A DNA stretch of 64,000 nt from an uncultured candidate division Zixibacteria bacterium (GCA_963702205.1 OY969724.1:1760001-1824000), one strand, 5' to 3'. Numbered from the stretch's first letter, positions 1 to 9,812 are shown. Notes: a model not told the origin generated them from the sequence alone. Program-made: numbers and translations.

Positions 1-110
1 ATGCGCAGCAATTTTATTTTTCATGGATTAAGCAATTGCCGTCCGCGATTTTGATTCAACTGAGTAGGTCTGCAAACAAGCAACGCTAACAGGGAGTAAA
101 ATAGAATATT

Positions 111-1583
111 ATGGACATTGCCAATTATTCATCCGATTCCCGGGCGGTTATCAAGGTTGCCCGCGAAGTGGCGACGACCTTTCGACATCCTGAAATCGAC
201 GTCGAACACATGCTTATTGCCGTGATCAGGCAGGAAGGAACCGAGGTCGAATCGATTCTGAATCAGGTCGATAAAAGCCCGGCCTTCATCGAGCATATCG
301 TCGAAACCTACCTGAAAGATCAATCTTCGCGCTCCAAAGCGAGGGATAACCTGACCATTTCTCCGGGTGTGGAAGAAGTCCTGACGCAGGCGATCGAAGA
401 AAAGACCCGTCTTTACGATCCGCTGGTCGAGCCGGAACATATATTTATTGCCATTTTCGATCCCAAATCAAAACTGGCGCCATACGTTCGTGATAAGATC
501 GACCTGACCAAAGAGGGCATTTACAAGGCTATCGCCGAATCCAAATCGGTCGAAGAAATCACGGCCGCGGCGGAGAAGAAAAAGGCCGCCGGTGATACTG
601 ATACGGATGAGAAACCATCGCGCGAAGTGGCCGGATCACTTAGATATTGTATCGACTTGACTAATCAGGCCGCGGCCGGGCAGTTCGATCCCTGTATCGG
701 GCGCGATCGTGAAATACAGCAAACCATCCAGATTTTGCTTCGTCGCCGCAAAAACTCGCCGGTCCTGGTCGGCGGGGCGGGGGTCGGCAAGACGGCTATC
801 GTCGAGGGCTTTTCAATGGCCGTCATAAATAAAAAAGTGCCCAAATCGCTGCAGGACGTGCGTGTTCTTGAAGTCGATATGGGGGCCATGGTGGCCGGGG
901 CCAAATACAAGGGTGAATTCGAGGAACGGTTTAAAGCCTTGATCGGTGAAGTCGTCAAAAGCGGCGGCAAGGTTATTTTGTTCATAGATGAAATTCATAC
1001 GATTACCGGCGCCGGGTCCACCGGCGGCGGAATGGATGCCGCCAATTTGATAAAGCCCGCTCTGGCGCGGGGGCAGTTGAGGCTTATCGGGGCCACGACG
1101 GAAGAAGAATATATAAAATATCTCGAAAAAGACAAAGCGCTGGACCGTCGTTTCGAGAAAGTCAAGATCGAGGAGCCCAGTTATGAATCGTGTGTACGGA
1201 TTGTCAAAGGCGTAGCTCCCAAGTACGAAGAGCATCACAAGATAAAATTCACCGAAGACGCTATTGCCGGATCGGTCAAATTTGCGATTCGATATTTAAG
1301 CGAGCGCAACTTGCCGGACGTCGCTCTCGACGTGGTCGATGAGGCGGCGTCTCAGTTCGCGACCAAAAAAGAATACACCGAAGCGAACTTTCAGGTGGTC
1401 GAAGAGCATATAAAAGAAATGGAGAAACTTCTGGCCGATTGCGAGGGCAAAGACCCCGAAAAGGATAAAGAAATTTTCGGAAAGCTTTATGACCGGTATG
1501 ATGCTTTTTCGCTCGGAATGGATATGTTGGATGAATACTGGGGCTACCGCGTAGAAACCTCGACCAAAGGGGGCAGGGAATGA
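111..1583 (+). CDS. tssH: T6SS ClpV/TssH-like AAA+ ATPase, N-terminal part (Clp_N repeats plus first AAA domain)
   Basis: Clp_N-like N-terminus (EHMLIA, EHIFIA), D1 Walker A GGAGVGKT, pore loop [11 protein letters not shown], Walker [20 protein letters not shown]. First gene of the T6SS cluster. Stops at 1583 before the second AAA domain. Confidence 0.8.
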   Translation: MDIANYSSDSRAVIKVAREVATTFRHPEIDVEHMLIAVIRQEGTEVESILNQVDKSPAFIEHIVETYLKDQSSRSKARDNLTISPGVEEVLTQAIEEKTRLYDPLVEPEHIFIAIFDPKSKLAPYVRDKIDLTKEGIYKAIAESKSVEEITAAAEKKKAAGDTDTDEKPSREVAGSLRYCIDLTNQAAAGQFDPCIGRDREIQQTIQILLRRRKNSPVLVGGAGVGKTAIVEGFSMAVINKKVPKSLQDVRVLEVDMGAMVAGAKYKGEFEERFKALIGEVVKSGGKVILFIDEIHTITGAGSTGGGMDAANLIKPALARGQLRLIGATTEEEYIKYLEKDKALDRRFEKVKIEEPSYESCVRIVKGVAPKYEEHHKIKFTEDAIAGSVKFAIRYLSERNLPDVALDVVDEAASQFATKKEYTEANFQVVEEHIKEMEKLLADCEGKDPEKDKEIFGKLYDRYDAFSLGMDMLDEYWGYRVETSTKGGRE

Positions 1584-2674
1584 TGGACCGACCCAATTTC
1601 GATGATATAAAGAACGATTTCGCGGAATATAAAAGCAAGTTCGACGCGATTAAAGACGTCGTTGCGAATGTCCAGCCGATAATCGACGATGCCGATATCG
1701 CCTCGGTCATTGCCCGTCGCACCGGTATTCCGGTTTCGAAGATGATGACCGCCGAAAAAGACCGGCTCATACACATGGAAGAATTTCTGTCCAAAAAAAT
1801 TGTCGGTCAGGAAAAAGCCATAAAGGCGATCGCCAACGCCGTGCGCAAATCGCGGGCGGGTCTTAAGCTGGCCAACCGGCCGATGGGTTCGTTCCTGTTT
1901 CTGGGACCGACCGGTACCGGAAAAACCTATCTGCCGAAACTTCTGGCGGAATTTCTGTTCGACGACAAGAATGCTATGGTGCGTCTGGATATGTCCGAAT
2001 TCATGGAGCCGCATTCGGTGGCGAAGATGATCGGTGCGCCTCCGGGGTATGTCGGTTACGAAGCGGGCGGGCTTTTAACGGAAGCCGTCCGACGCAAACC
2101 GTTTTCGATAATTTTATTCGATGAGGTCGAAAAAGCCCACCCCGACGTTTTCAACGTCCTGTTGCAATTGCTCGACGACGGCCGCCTGACCGACGGACAG
2201 GGACGCACGGTCGATTTTTCCAATACCATGGTGGTACTGACTTCCAATTATGCCGCCGACAAAATTCTTGATGCCGACCGGGAAGGACGCGACGTCAATA
2301 TGGAAGAGGTTCGGTCGTTTATATTTACTAAATTCCGACCGGAATTTCTTAACCGTCTCAACGATATTATCGTATATCATTCATTCACCCAGGAACAGGT
2401 CGAAGTGATTGCCGGTCTTGAGTTCAAGGGTGTTATTGCCATGCTAAAAGACCAGAATATCGGGGCGGAATTAAGTGATGCCGCCCGGAAAAAAATCGGC
2501 GCCGACGGTTATACTATTGAGCTGGGAGCACGCCCAATACAGCGGACCATCGAACGCGATATTGTAAATAAGTTGTCGGTTGATATCATTACCGGACAGG
2601 TTAAGTCCGGTGATAAAGTATCGATCGACGTTGAAAACGATGCCTATACATTTAACGTTATCGGGAAAAAGTAA
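1580..2674 (+). CDS. tssH: T6SS ClpV/TssH-like AAA+ ATPase, C-terminal part (second AAA domain plus small domain)
   Basis: TGIPV, GQEKAI, Walker A GPTGTGKT, PPGYVGY, Walker B FDEVEKAHPDV, FRPEFLNR, GARP. ATG overlaps the upstream TGA (ATGA at 1580-1583). Confidence 0.8.
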   Translation: MMDRPNFDDIKNDFAEYKSKFDAIKDVVANVQPIIDDADIASVIARRTGIPVSKMMTAEKDRLIHMEEFLSKKIVGQEKAIKAIANAVRKSRAGLKLANRPMGSFLFLGPTGTGKTYLPKLLAEFLFDDKNAMVRLDMSEFMEPHSVAKMIGAPPGYVGYEAGGLLTEAVRRKPFSIILFDEVEKAHPDVFNVLLQLLDDGRLTDGQGRTVDFSNTMVVLTSNYAADKILDADREGRDVNMEEVRSFIFTKFRPEFLNRLNDIIVYHSFTQEQVEVIAGLEFKGVIAMLKDQNIGAELSDAARKKIGADGYTIELGARPIQRTIERDIVNKLSVDIITGQVKSGDKVSIDVENDAYTFNVIGKK

Positions 2675-2704
2675 ACAAACAATATAAACTCCAGGGAGGA
2701 TTAC

Positions 2705-3145
2705 ATGGCGAAATTTATCCTCGGTGCGACAGAAAAGGTAAAACGGGACGATTCGATCCCGGTCGAGCTTTTGCCTTCGAACAAGCTGTTGTACGCCGCC
2801 AAACTGAATAACGAAGAAGATGCCGACGTCACGCCGGTCCGTTGCAGCAATCTCAAGGATGTATTCGAGAAATTCCGGCCGTCGTTCGACGTCGAGCTTG
2901 ATTCGACGGAAGGTGAACCGGTTAACGCTGAGTTCGAAATCAAGGCCATGAAGGATTTCACGTCCAAGGAACTGATCGAGAAAAACGACTACCTTTCATC
3001 GGTGTATTACGGTAAAGAAATTCTGTCCGATCTCGACAAACAGTTAAAGAAAAACAACGCCCTTATCAAGACGCTTAACGACAAAGAAAAGAAAGAAGCG
3101 TTGTTGAAAGTGGCCAATTATTACATTGACCTTCTGACCGAATAA
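2705..3145 (+). CDS. tssB: T6SS contractile sheath small subunit, subtype-iii-like
   Basis: 146 aa. The VFEKFRPSFDVE...EG...DF pattern and C-terminal helices resemble Bacteroidota TssB. Strong GGAGG RBS, and it lies directly upstream of tssC and hcp. Confidence 0.8.
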   Translation: MAKFILGATEKVKRDDSIPVELLPSNKLLYAAKLNNEEDADVTPVRCSNLKDVFEKFRPSFDVELDSTEGEPVNAEFEIKAMKDFTSKELIEKNDYLSSVYYGKEILSDLDKQLKKNNALIKTLNDKEKKEALLKVANYYIDLLTE

Positions 3146-3162
3146 AAGTGAGGTTTTGATAA

Positions 3163-4594
3163 ATGGGTGAAGAAGAAAAACAATTGCAGCCGGAACAGGC
3201 TCCTGCCGCAGAAGCGCAGGCCGCAGAGCCCAAGGTTGCCGAGAAGATATCGGATGAAGAATTTGCGTCCCTTATGGGCGATACTTTCGGTGATTTTAAA
3301 AAACTGGCGTCGCTTCTGCCGTCATTCAAGACCAGTGACGGAGATCTCGTGCGCGGTGTCGAATGGCTCGACCCCAAAAAGGACTTTCAGCGCAAGGAAT
3401 TTTTGACCAAGGGCGAATACGCCAAGCAGCGTCAATTGCTGGGTCAGAGACTTAAAATGTGGGTGGAAAGCTTGTCCAGGAGCAACAATCTGGATGAAGT
3501 TCGCAAGGCGATCAATGCCGACGCCACCAAGCTCGAAACCAATCTCGAAAAGAACATGAAGAAAGTCCACCGGTCCAGCCGGGAAATAGAAACGACTTAT
3601 CGGGCTATTGACAAGTTTTTTGCCAATGCTCAACAGGAACCGGATGAAAAGGTTAACGCCTATTTCGCCAACGTCGGTATTGACCGTCTGACCGACCCGG
3701 ACGACAAAGAAAAATTCGAGGAGTTATGCAAATCGGTGGCTGATCTTTATCGCGAATGGAGTGTCAAGGAATGTTTCTCCATGGCGGTCATCCCCGGCTA
3801 TATGGGAAGTGTCGAAAATATCGATAATTTCGCCCGTCAGCTCGGGTTTGCGAACAAGCTGCATATCATGACCGATCTGCCTAATTTCGAATCCTATGAA
3901 GAAGTCATGGAAATGCTGGAAGACCCCAACTACGCCAACCTGATGGGTTCGGATGCATACAAGCAGTACGTTTCGGTGTTCGCCAATTACGTGCAGGCGC
4001 GTACAGGCCAATCAGTTCGAAGACGAAGATATGTGGGTCCCGCCGTCATCGGTCGTGGCCGGTTTGATGTACAAGGGTGACACGACCGTCGGAATGCAGC
4101 AGCCCTCGGCCGGTTTCAAGTACGGCAAAGTGGGCGATGCCAAGTACATCCGGTTCAAAGCCAATCAGCCCGACGCCAGCAAGATCAATGAAAAAGGCGT
4201 CAACCCGATGGTCAGCTTCGAAGGTTCGGCCGTATCGATGGGCGCCGCGACTCTTTATAACAAAGAGACGTTTAACGTCTATTCGATTCGCCGGACGTAC
4301 GATTACGTCTACAAGACGTTGCGCAATTACCTGAACAAGCAGACGTTTTCGGTCATCGATCAGAAATTCATCGACACCATGCGTAAAGACATCGATAAAT
4401 TCATGAAGGCCATTTCCGGCGGCGACAATATCCTGCAGGATTACAAAGTCGAGATTTTTGCCGACGATGAAATGCGCAAACGCCAGGAAGTCGACATCAG
4501 GGTGGCACTGAATCCGAAGTACCCGGCCCGGACTTTCAATATCGAGTTCACGGCCTGGAATGAAGAAAACCAGACAAGCGTCAAAGATAAGTAA
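3163..4594 (+). pseudogene. tssC: T6SS contractile sheath large subunit (subtype-iii/DUF5458-like), interrupted by a +1 frameshift near 4002-4006 (real lesion or sequencing error)
   Basis: ORF 3163-4080 carries IETTYRAIDKFFAN, VIPGYMGS and MTDLP. The frame of ORF 3953-4594 continues with EDMWVPPSSVVAG, QPSAGFKYG and GVNPMV. Removing one base gives one 476-aa protein. Confidence 0.8.
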
Positions 4595-4641
4595 ACGAAT
4601 AACTAATAACCGTATAACCAATTCATTAAGGGAGAAACGCA

Positions 4642-5046
4642 ATGGCACGGAGACCAGTTTTGGAAATCGACGGCGTTGTGTACAAGAACGTCTACCACGT
4701 CTCTTACCAGCTCTATACCGCCAAGGATGAAACGGGCCGTCCATCGGATCGTGCTCACGCCGGAACCGTCAAGATTATCCGTGAATCCGACGAAAACACG
4801 GACATCTATCGCTGGGCTACCGATTCCAGTAAACCCAACTGGAAAGCCGGTAAGGTGCAGTTCAAGACCCCGGATGATTCCGCGATGAAAGAATTGGCCT
4901 GGGAAGATGGCTTTATAACGGCCTATAAAGAAACAATTCCCCATGTCAAGAACAACCCGGACGATCAGGTTTTCGAGGAATTCGAAATTTCCTGTCATAA
5001 ACTTACGGTCGGCGGCGTTGAACTGGATAATCGCTGGGAAGAATAA
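4642..5046 (+). CDS. tssD: T6SS tube protein TssD/Hcp, subtype-iii family
   Basis: 134 aa with D-x-x-GRPS, IIRESDE, MKELAWEDGFI and a C-terminal N-x-W, the hallmark pattern of Bacteroidota TssD. Confidence 0.88.
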   Translation: MARRPVLEIDGVVYKNVYHVSYQLYTAKDETGRPSDRAHAGTVKIIRESDENTDIYRWATDSSKPNWKAGKVQFKTPDDSAMKELAWEDGFITAYKETIPHVKNNPDDQVFEEFEISCHKLTVGGVELDNRWEE

Positions 5047-5061
5047 CCCTGCGTTGAAATT

Positions 5062-5087
5062 CGGGACGGGGTCTTCGCCTCGTCCCG
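5062..5087 (+). terminator. GC-rich stem-loop between hcp and vgrG (weak terminator or mRNA-stabilising hairpin)
   Basis: CGGGACGGGG-tcttcg-CCTCGTCCCG (one G-U pair), followed by an imperfect U tract (TTAATTT). Confidence 0.6.
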
Positions 5088-5119
5088 TTAATTTGCCATA
5101 ATAAGAACGGATTATAGCC

Positions 5120-6805
5120 ATGAGTATCGCGGGAACCTCGGCGGATTGCACCATCCTGGTTGATGGTAAGCAACTCACTTACGATGTATCCAATATCGAA
5201 CTGGATCAGTACATTGACAAGCATCACGAATTGAAAATAAAAATTCGCGACGTCGGGGTCGTATCCGCGGCAGAGGACATTGAAGACCCGACGCCGTATA
5301 TGGATTTCCTGGGCAAATCCATTTCGGTCAAGATCAAGCCGACCGGCCGTGACCTCGATGAAAAGCTGGAAATGGAATTTGTCGGCATAGTGACCGGAGT
5401 GAACGTAATAAACGGCGTCAACGGTATTAATATTTACGAATTACAGGCGGCCAGCCCGACCATCGGCATGGACGGCGCCAAAGTCAATTCGTTCCACTTC
5501 GATCAAAGCGCCAGCGACATCATAAGTTCCATTGTCGGATCGTACCCCATGACCATGGGCAACGTGGACAGCACTCCCGGAACGTACAAGTACAGTGTGC
5601 AGTATCACGAGACGGATTATGAATACGTGATGCGTCTGGCCACGTCGAAAGGCCTGTTCGCCTTCTACGACGGCAAGGAATTCCGTGCCGTCAAGGCTTC
5701 GAGTGCCGACGTTGTGGACCTCGCCTGGCGCAATACATTAAGATCATTCAATTTCAATTTGGGGACGGCTCCCTATAATTTTACGGCAGCCGTCTTTAAT
5801 TACGAGCAGTCCAAGACGTTTTCATCGGACAGCAAATCACTGCGATCAGATGCGGCCCTGTCGGATACGTCGAACAAGGCGCCGGAAGCGTCGAAAAAAG
5901 TTTATGCCAAATCCTCGGCCAAGATAGTAACGGCGGTGGCCGCGACCGGGGACCTGGACAATATTTTAAAACAGGAAAAGCAAAACGCCATAGGCAGGAT
6001 GATTCGGTGTACCGGCGAATCGATCGTTCCCAGGATCGCCGTCGGGCATTGCGTAAACGTTTCGGGTATGGGTAAAATAGACGGCAATTACTGGGTAACC
6101 AAGGTAAGTCATCGGTTCGACGAAGCCGGGCAATACTATAATAATTTCGATTGTGTCCCTCTCGATACCGCCGCCCCGACGTACCCGATCAAAAGAAAAT
6201 CCGGCACCATGCTCCAGACGGCCATTGTCGTCGATAATAACGACCCGGAAGGACTGGGGCGGGTCAAGGTGAAGTACCCCTGGCTGGATTCCGATGAATC
6301 GGACTGGGTTCGCGTGGGTACACCCCATGCCGGCGGCGGCCGGGGCTGGATAAGTACACCGGAAATCGACGATGAAGTGCTGGTGGGGTTCGAGCACGGC
6401 AACCCGGACGAGCCGGTCGTGATAAATTCGCTGTACAATAAAAACAGCGCGCCGCATCCGGATTATAAGGATGACAAAAATAATATTAAGCTGTTCGCTA
6501 CCCGGGGCGGTAATGGAATTATTATCAACGACACCGATGGATCGCAGTCGATCACCATTGCCCAGGGCGACAACTCCATCGTGCTGACACTGGACGGACC
6601 GAAAATATCGATACAGAGCGCGGGAGGCGACATTTCCTTCAAATCCAACAATTTCAAAATCGAAGCTGACAGCGACATAGAACTGAAAGCCGGAAGCAAT
6701 CTGAAACTGGAAGGCAGCGCCAACGCGGAATACAAGGCCGGTGCGGAAAATAAAATTTCCGGAGCCAAGGTGACTGTCAGCGGCAACCCTATCGCTCTCA
6801 ATTAA
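5120..6805 (+). CDS. vgrG: T6SS spike protein VgrG/TssI
   Basis: VQYHETDYEYVMRLA (gp27-like hub), DNNDPEGLGRVKVKYPW and PEIDDEVLVGFEHGNPDEP (gp5 OB fold), then C-terminal beta-helix repeats ending IALN. No effector extension. Confidence 0.92.
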   Translation: MSIAGTSADCTILVDGKQLTYDVSNIELDQYIDKHHELKIKIRDVGVVSAAEDIEDPTPYMDFLGKSISVKIKPTGRDLDEKLEMEFVGIVTGVNVINGVNGINIYELQAASPTIGMDGAKVNSFHFDQSASDIISSIVGSYPMTMGNVDSTPGTYKYSVQYHETDYEYVMRLATSKGLFAFYDGKEFRAVKASSADVVDLAWRNTLRSFNFNLGTAPYNFTAAVFNYEQSKTFSSDSKSLRSDAALSDTSNKAPEASKKVYAKSSAKIVTAVAATGDLDNILKQEKQNAIGRMIRCTGESIVPRIAVGHCVNVSGMGKIDGNYWVTKVSHRFDEAGQYYNNFDCVPLDTAAPTYPIKRKSGTMLQTAIVVDNNDPEGLGRVKVKYPWLDSDESDWVRVGTPHAGGGRGWISTPEIDDEVLVGFEHGNPDEPVVINSLYNKNSAPHPDYKDDKNNIKLFATRGGNGIIINDTDGSQSITIAQGDNSIVLTLDGPKISIQSAGGDISFKSNNFKIEADSDIELKAGSNLKLEGSANAEYKAGAENKISGAKVTVSGNPIALN

Positions 6806-6811
6806 TCGGCT

Positions 6812-7186
6812 ATGGAGTATTTAGCGCTGCCATTGGTGTTACGCGACGGATACTTCCGCCTGGCATCTATACACGATTCGATTTCCTTTGCAATCGCTTT
6901 GATACTGAGTACCCATCCGGGGCAGATGCCGTTCGATCCCGAATTCGGCTGTGCCATCTGGAACAAGGAGTACTCCGACATATATTCCTCCGATAAAGCC
7001 GAAATACGCGCCAGCCTGCGCAACGCCATCGGTAAGTACGAAAAACGATTGTACGATGTATCCGTCAATTTCTCCATCGCCGATCGCAAAGCGGTCAAGA
7101 ACTTGGGAATAATCGTCAAAGTTTCCGGTCTTTACATGGACGGAAAAGAAGAACAAAAGTTTGAAGCCAGTTATAACCTGGGATAA
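6812..7186 (+). CDS. tssE: T6SS baseplate gp25/GPW-family protein
   Basis: LILSTHPGQMPFDPEFGC and AIGKYEKRL match the gp25 motifs. The Y-x-x-LPL N-terminus resembles subtype-iii TssE. Confidence 0.85.
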   Translation: MEYLALPLVLRDGYFRLASIHDSISFAIALILSTHPGQMPFDPEFGCAIWNKEYSDIYSSDKAEIRASLRNAIGKYEKRLYDVSVNFSIADRKAVKNLGIIVKVSGLYMDGKEEQKFEASYNLG

Positions 7187-7193
7187 ATCAACT

Positions 7194-8852
7194 ATGGAAA
7201 AATCACGAACCCGCGAGCAGATTTTCGAGCAGATGCACCGCGAAATGCGCATCTGGAATCCTGAAGTTTCCGAATCGCCGGAGCGGCTCGATCCGATTTT
7301 GAAGATTATGCTCACCCTGTATGCGCATCAGCTGGAGCGTATCGATAAACGAATCGATGTCACCTGGGAGAATACGGTCGCGTCGCTCATCCGAGCCATG
7401 TGCCCGGAGAGCCGCCGCTGGCCCATCCCGGCTTATACCGTCATGCGCTGCAAGCCGCTCGATCCGGTTGTTGAAGTTGATCCTCATAGCCGGTTTTTCT
7501 ATAAAGAAAAACGCGAAGACGGACAAACATTCTTCTTTTCGGCCCTGCGCAAAGAGAAGCTGGTTGGGGCGGAAACCAAACACATGTTTCTGCTGGTCGA
7601 TCATGAGCTGGTCGATCTGTCACCGAAAGAACCGGTTGAAGGAGAAGGTTCATACATTGAACCTGTGAAGATTCCCGTCGGCACCCAGGCCCGGTTGTAC
7701 GTCGCCGTCGATTTCACCGGCAACCCGTCGGAATTCAGAGATTCGGTAGTGTTCTTAAACGGAATTCCCGATGCCGTGCGGCAGCTGCGCTGGGGCCATT
7801 GGTACCCCGGCACGAATTTCGGTGAATTTTATACCGACGTTTCTTTTTGCCCCGGTCTGGATTGCAATATCGACGATATTTTCTACAAGGACGGAAGACC
7901 GATCAACTGGGGCGGGATGCGTTCCACCGGCGACGTCTTTACTAATTTGAACGATAACCTGGTAGTGCTGCCGGAATCGTTCGCCTCCACCTGGGAGCTC
8001 GGCCCCCCCGATCAAAAACTGGTCGACAAGCTGGCCCAGAAGTCGATTGCCCTTGAAGAAGGCGACCGTTTTTACTGGATTCGCATCGATCTGCCCGCCG
8101 GGGGAGACCGGACCTCGCTGAGTGGGCTGACCGGTTTGTACTTCGACGCCTTTCTCGCGGTCAATAAGTACGAAATGAAATTGTTCAAGCATACCGGCGG
8201 CAACAGACTATTGGAAATCGAAATCCCCGAAGACGTCGATAACATTGTCGATATCGTCGAAGTCACCGACGCCCGGGGTAATGAATATATTCCGTCATAT
8301 GAAATCAGAACCAATCCGGATCAGCGGGTATATTCGATTGAAGAACAAAATGGACACCTGGTGCTCTGGTTTGATTTCTCGACCCGCCTGGAGCCGGTCC
8401 CGGATAACATAACGGTGGTTTATTCCACGACCGCCGGAACCGATGCCACCGGCATCGATCCCGGTTTGATTTGTGAGCTGTACGAAAGTCACCCCGGCAT
8501 CGTCTCGGCCGAAAATATTATGACTTCGGCCGGAGCCGTACCGGCCAAATCGGCCGAACAAATTACGCTCGAAGTTTCCAACCGTCTGCGCGGGCGCGAC
8601 CGGGCGATCAGCTTTCAGGACGTGGCCAACTGGGCGATGACCTATGATAGCCGGATCAAGAAAGCCGTCTGCCGCAGCGGCGTCAAGAAGGGTGCCTATG
8701 GGGTGCATCGGTGTATCAAAGTGGCGGTTACGGTCAACAAGGATGATTTCTACAGTGATGACGAACGGGGTTTATTAAAAAAGAGGCTGGAGGCGTTTCT
8801 GAAATCGCATTCGTCGGTCAATGCGCAGTACGACGTGGAGATGGTCGTCTGA
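7194..8852 (+). CDS. tssF: T6SS baseplate wedge protein TssF, subtype-iii-like
   Basis: The N-terminus REQI...W...DPILKIML...P...PIPAYTV resembles Bacteroidota TssF, and LRGRDRAISFQD is the gp6/baseplate-J-like motif. Start placed at ATG 7194 rather than the track's 7161. Confidence 0.8.
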   Translation: MEKSRTREQIFEQMHREMRIWNPEVSESPERLDPILKIMLTLYAHQLERIDKRIDVTWENTVASLIRAMCPESRRWPIPAYTVMRCKPLDPVVEVDPHSRFFYKEKREDGQTFFFSALRKEKLVGAETKHMFLLVDHELVDLSPKEPVEGEGSYIEPVKIPVGTQARLYVAVDFTGNPSEFRDSVVFLNGIPDAVRQLRWGHWYPGTNFGEFYTDVSFCPGLDCNIDDIFYKDGRPINWGGMRSTGDVFTNLNDNLVVLPESFASTWELGPPDQKLVDKLAQKSIALEEGDRFYWIRIDLPAGGDRTSLSGLTGLYFDAFLAVNKYEMKLFKHTGGNRLLEIEIPEDVDNIVDIVEVTDARGNEYIPSYEIRTNPDQRVYSIEEQNGHLVLWFDFSTRLEPVPDNITVVYSTTAGTDATGIDPGLICELYESHPGIVSAENIMTSAGAVPAKSAEQITLEVSNRLRGRDRAISFQDVANWAMTYDSRIKKAVCRSGVKKGAYGVHRCIKVAVTVNKDDFYSDDERGLLKKRLEAFLKSHSSVNAQYDVEMVV

Positions 8853-9772
8853 TGCCCGGTACCAAAGAAAAAATAATGCCGGATTTCTGTTCCCGGCGGC
8901 TTCCGTTCCATTATGTGACGGCCGTCAACCTGTTGATGAAAATGGGTGTCGACCCCTTCACGATACAGATCCGGGCCGAAGGTGAGTACGAAAACTACCG
9001 GGGGCAGGTGCACGGTCAGTCACCCGATCCGGGAGCGACGATCAGGCCCGATACGAAGATAACGCTGAACGCAGGATTCTCCAGCGCCGTCGATTTGTTT
9101 CCGTACCAGTTTTTCTATGGCTTCAAGGGTATTACCGATCGCGGCGGCGACGGCTGGGAAAATCAAGCCCGGGAATTTATGGCGCCTTTTGACGGGGCGG
9201 TCGTGAAGTACGAGGCGCTGGCTCATTATCTGACGCTCAAGTACAAATTCGGAGTCGCCGACCGTGCCCAGATTCTTGGTTTTCTCGGTCTGTTCGGTTT
9301 TGCACCGCCCGACGCCAAAACCATTCCTCTGGACGAATTGATGGTCTGGGTCGGCCTGATGCCGGCGTTCAATTTCTGGTCCGGTAATGCCGAACTGGTT
9401 GGACGCATAATCGGCCTGATTTTCAAATGCGATGTTAGAATATTGGAGAATACGCCCAATACTTACGACGTGCCCGAAAATTTGCATTATAAGCTCGGCT
9501 CTGCCGGGGCGGCCCTCGGGCGCGATACTATTATAGGCAGCTCCTTTACGGAGTTCGATTCTGGCTGTGAAATTCATATAAGAGATATCCCCCGCGAGCA
9601 ATTGATGGAATTTTTGCCGGGGCGCCCGCTTCGTAAGAAGCTCGACTGGCTGTTGTCGTTTTGTCTACCGGGCAGCCTGATTCCGGTAATTCGTGTCTCG
9701 GGACGACGCGAAGAACTGAAATTGGGGGCCAAACAGGAAAAAACATTCCTGGGGTATGCGTCGTATTTATAG
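8852..9772 (+). CDS. tssG: T6SS baseplate protein TssG with an N-terminal PASTA-like domain
   Basis: Coupled to tssF (TGATG overlap). AREFMAPFD, LG...LGRDTIIG and EFLPG resemble subtype-iii TssG. Residues about 8-75 match the PASTA pattern. Confidence 0.72.
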   Translation: MPGTKEKIMPDFCSRRLPFHYVTAVNLLMKMGVDPFTIQIRAEGEYENYRGQVHGQSPDPGATIRPDTKITLNAGFSSAVDLFPYQFFYGFKGITDRGGDGWENQAREFMAPFDGAVVKYEALAHYLTLKYKFGVADRAQILGFLGLFGFAPPDAKTIPLDELMVWVGLMPAFNFWSGNAELVGRIIGLIFKCDVRILENTPNTYDVPENLHYKLGSAGAALGRDTIIGSSFTEFDSGCEIHIRDIPREQLMEFLPGRPLRKKLDWLLSFCLPGSLIPVIRVSGRREELKLGAKQEKTFLGYASYL

Positions 9773-9812
9773 GCACTTATGTTAAATATAGACGGTAATA
9801 AATGTTATAGAC

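Noticed and set aside
111..2674. Housekeeping clpB or clpC
   Set aside because: The middle region lacks the long ClpB coiled coil and a clear UVR motif, and the genes lead directly into tssB. Context favours TssH, though sequence alone does not exclude another Clp.
3995..4010. Classical programmed ribosomal frameshift signal in tssC or tssK
   Set aside because: No slippery heptamer, homopolymer run or in-frame stop at either shift site.
3953..4594. Treating the second tssC ORF (and 10978-11316 of tssK) as independent genes
   Set aside because: Their first residues are out-of-frame readings of the upstream gene, there is no RBS-coupled start at a domain boundary, and removing one base joins each pair into a continuous protein.
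4046..4744. 232-aa antisense ORF over tssC/hcp, and the many other overlapping ORFs in the track (e.g. 39409-40242, 53097-53828, 55275-56030)
   Set aside because: They lie opposite or out of frame to well-supported genes and show no recognisable motifs; expected shadow ORFs.
2705..9772. Interpretation as a prophage tail or extracellular contractile injection system (eCIS/tailocin)
   Set aside because: The sheath is a two-gene TssB/TssC pair, a ClpV-type ATPase and TssK are present, and I saw no capsid, terminase, tape measure, tail fibre, Afp15/Afp16 or lysis genes.
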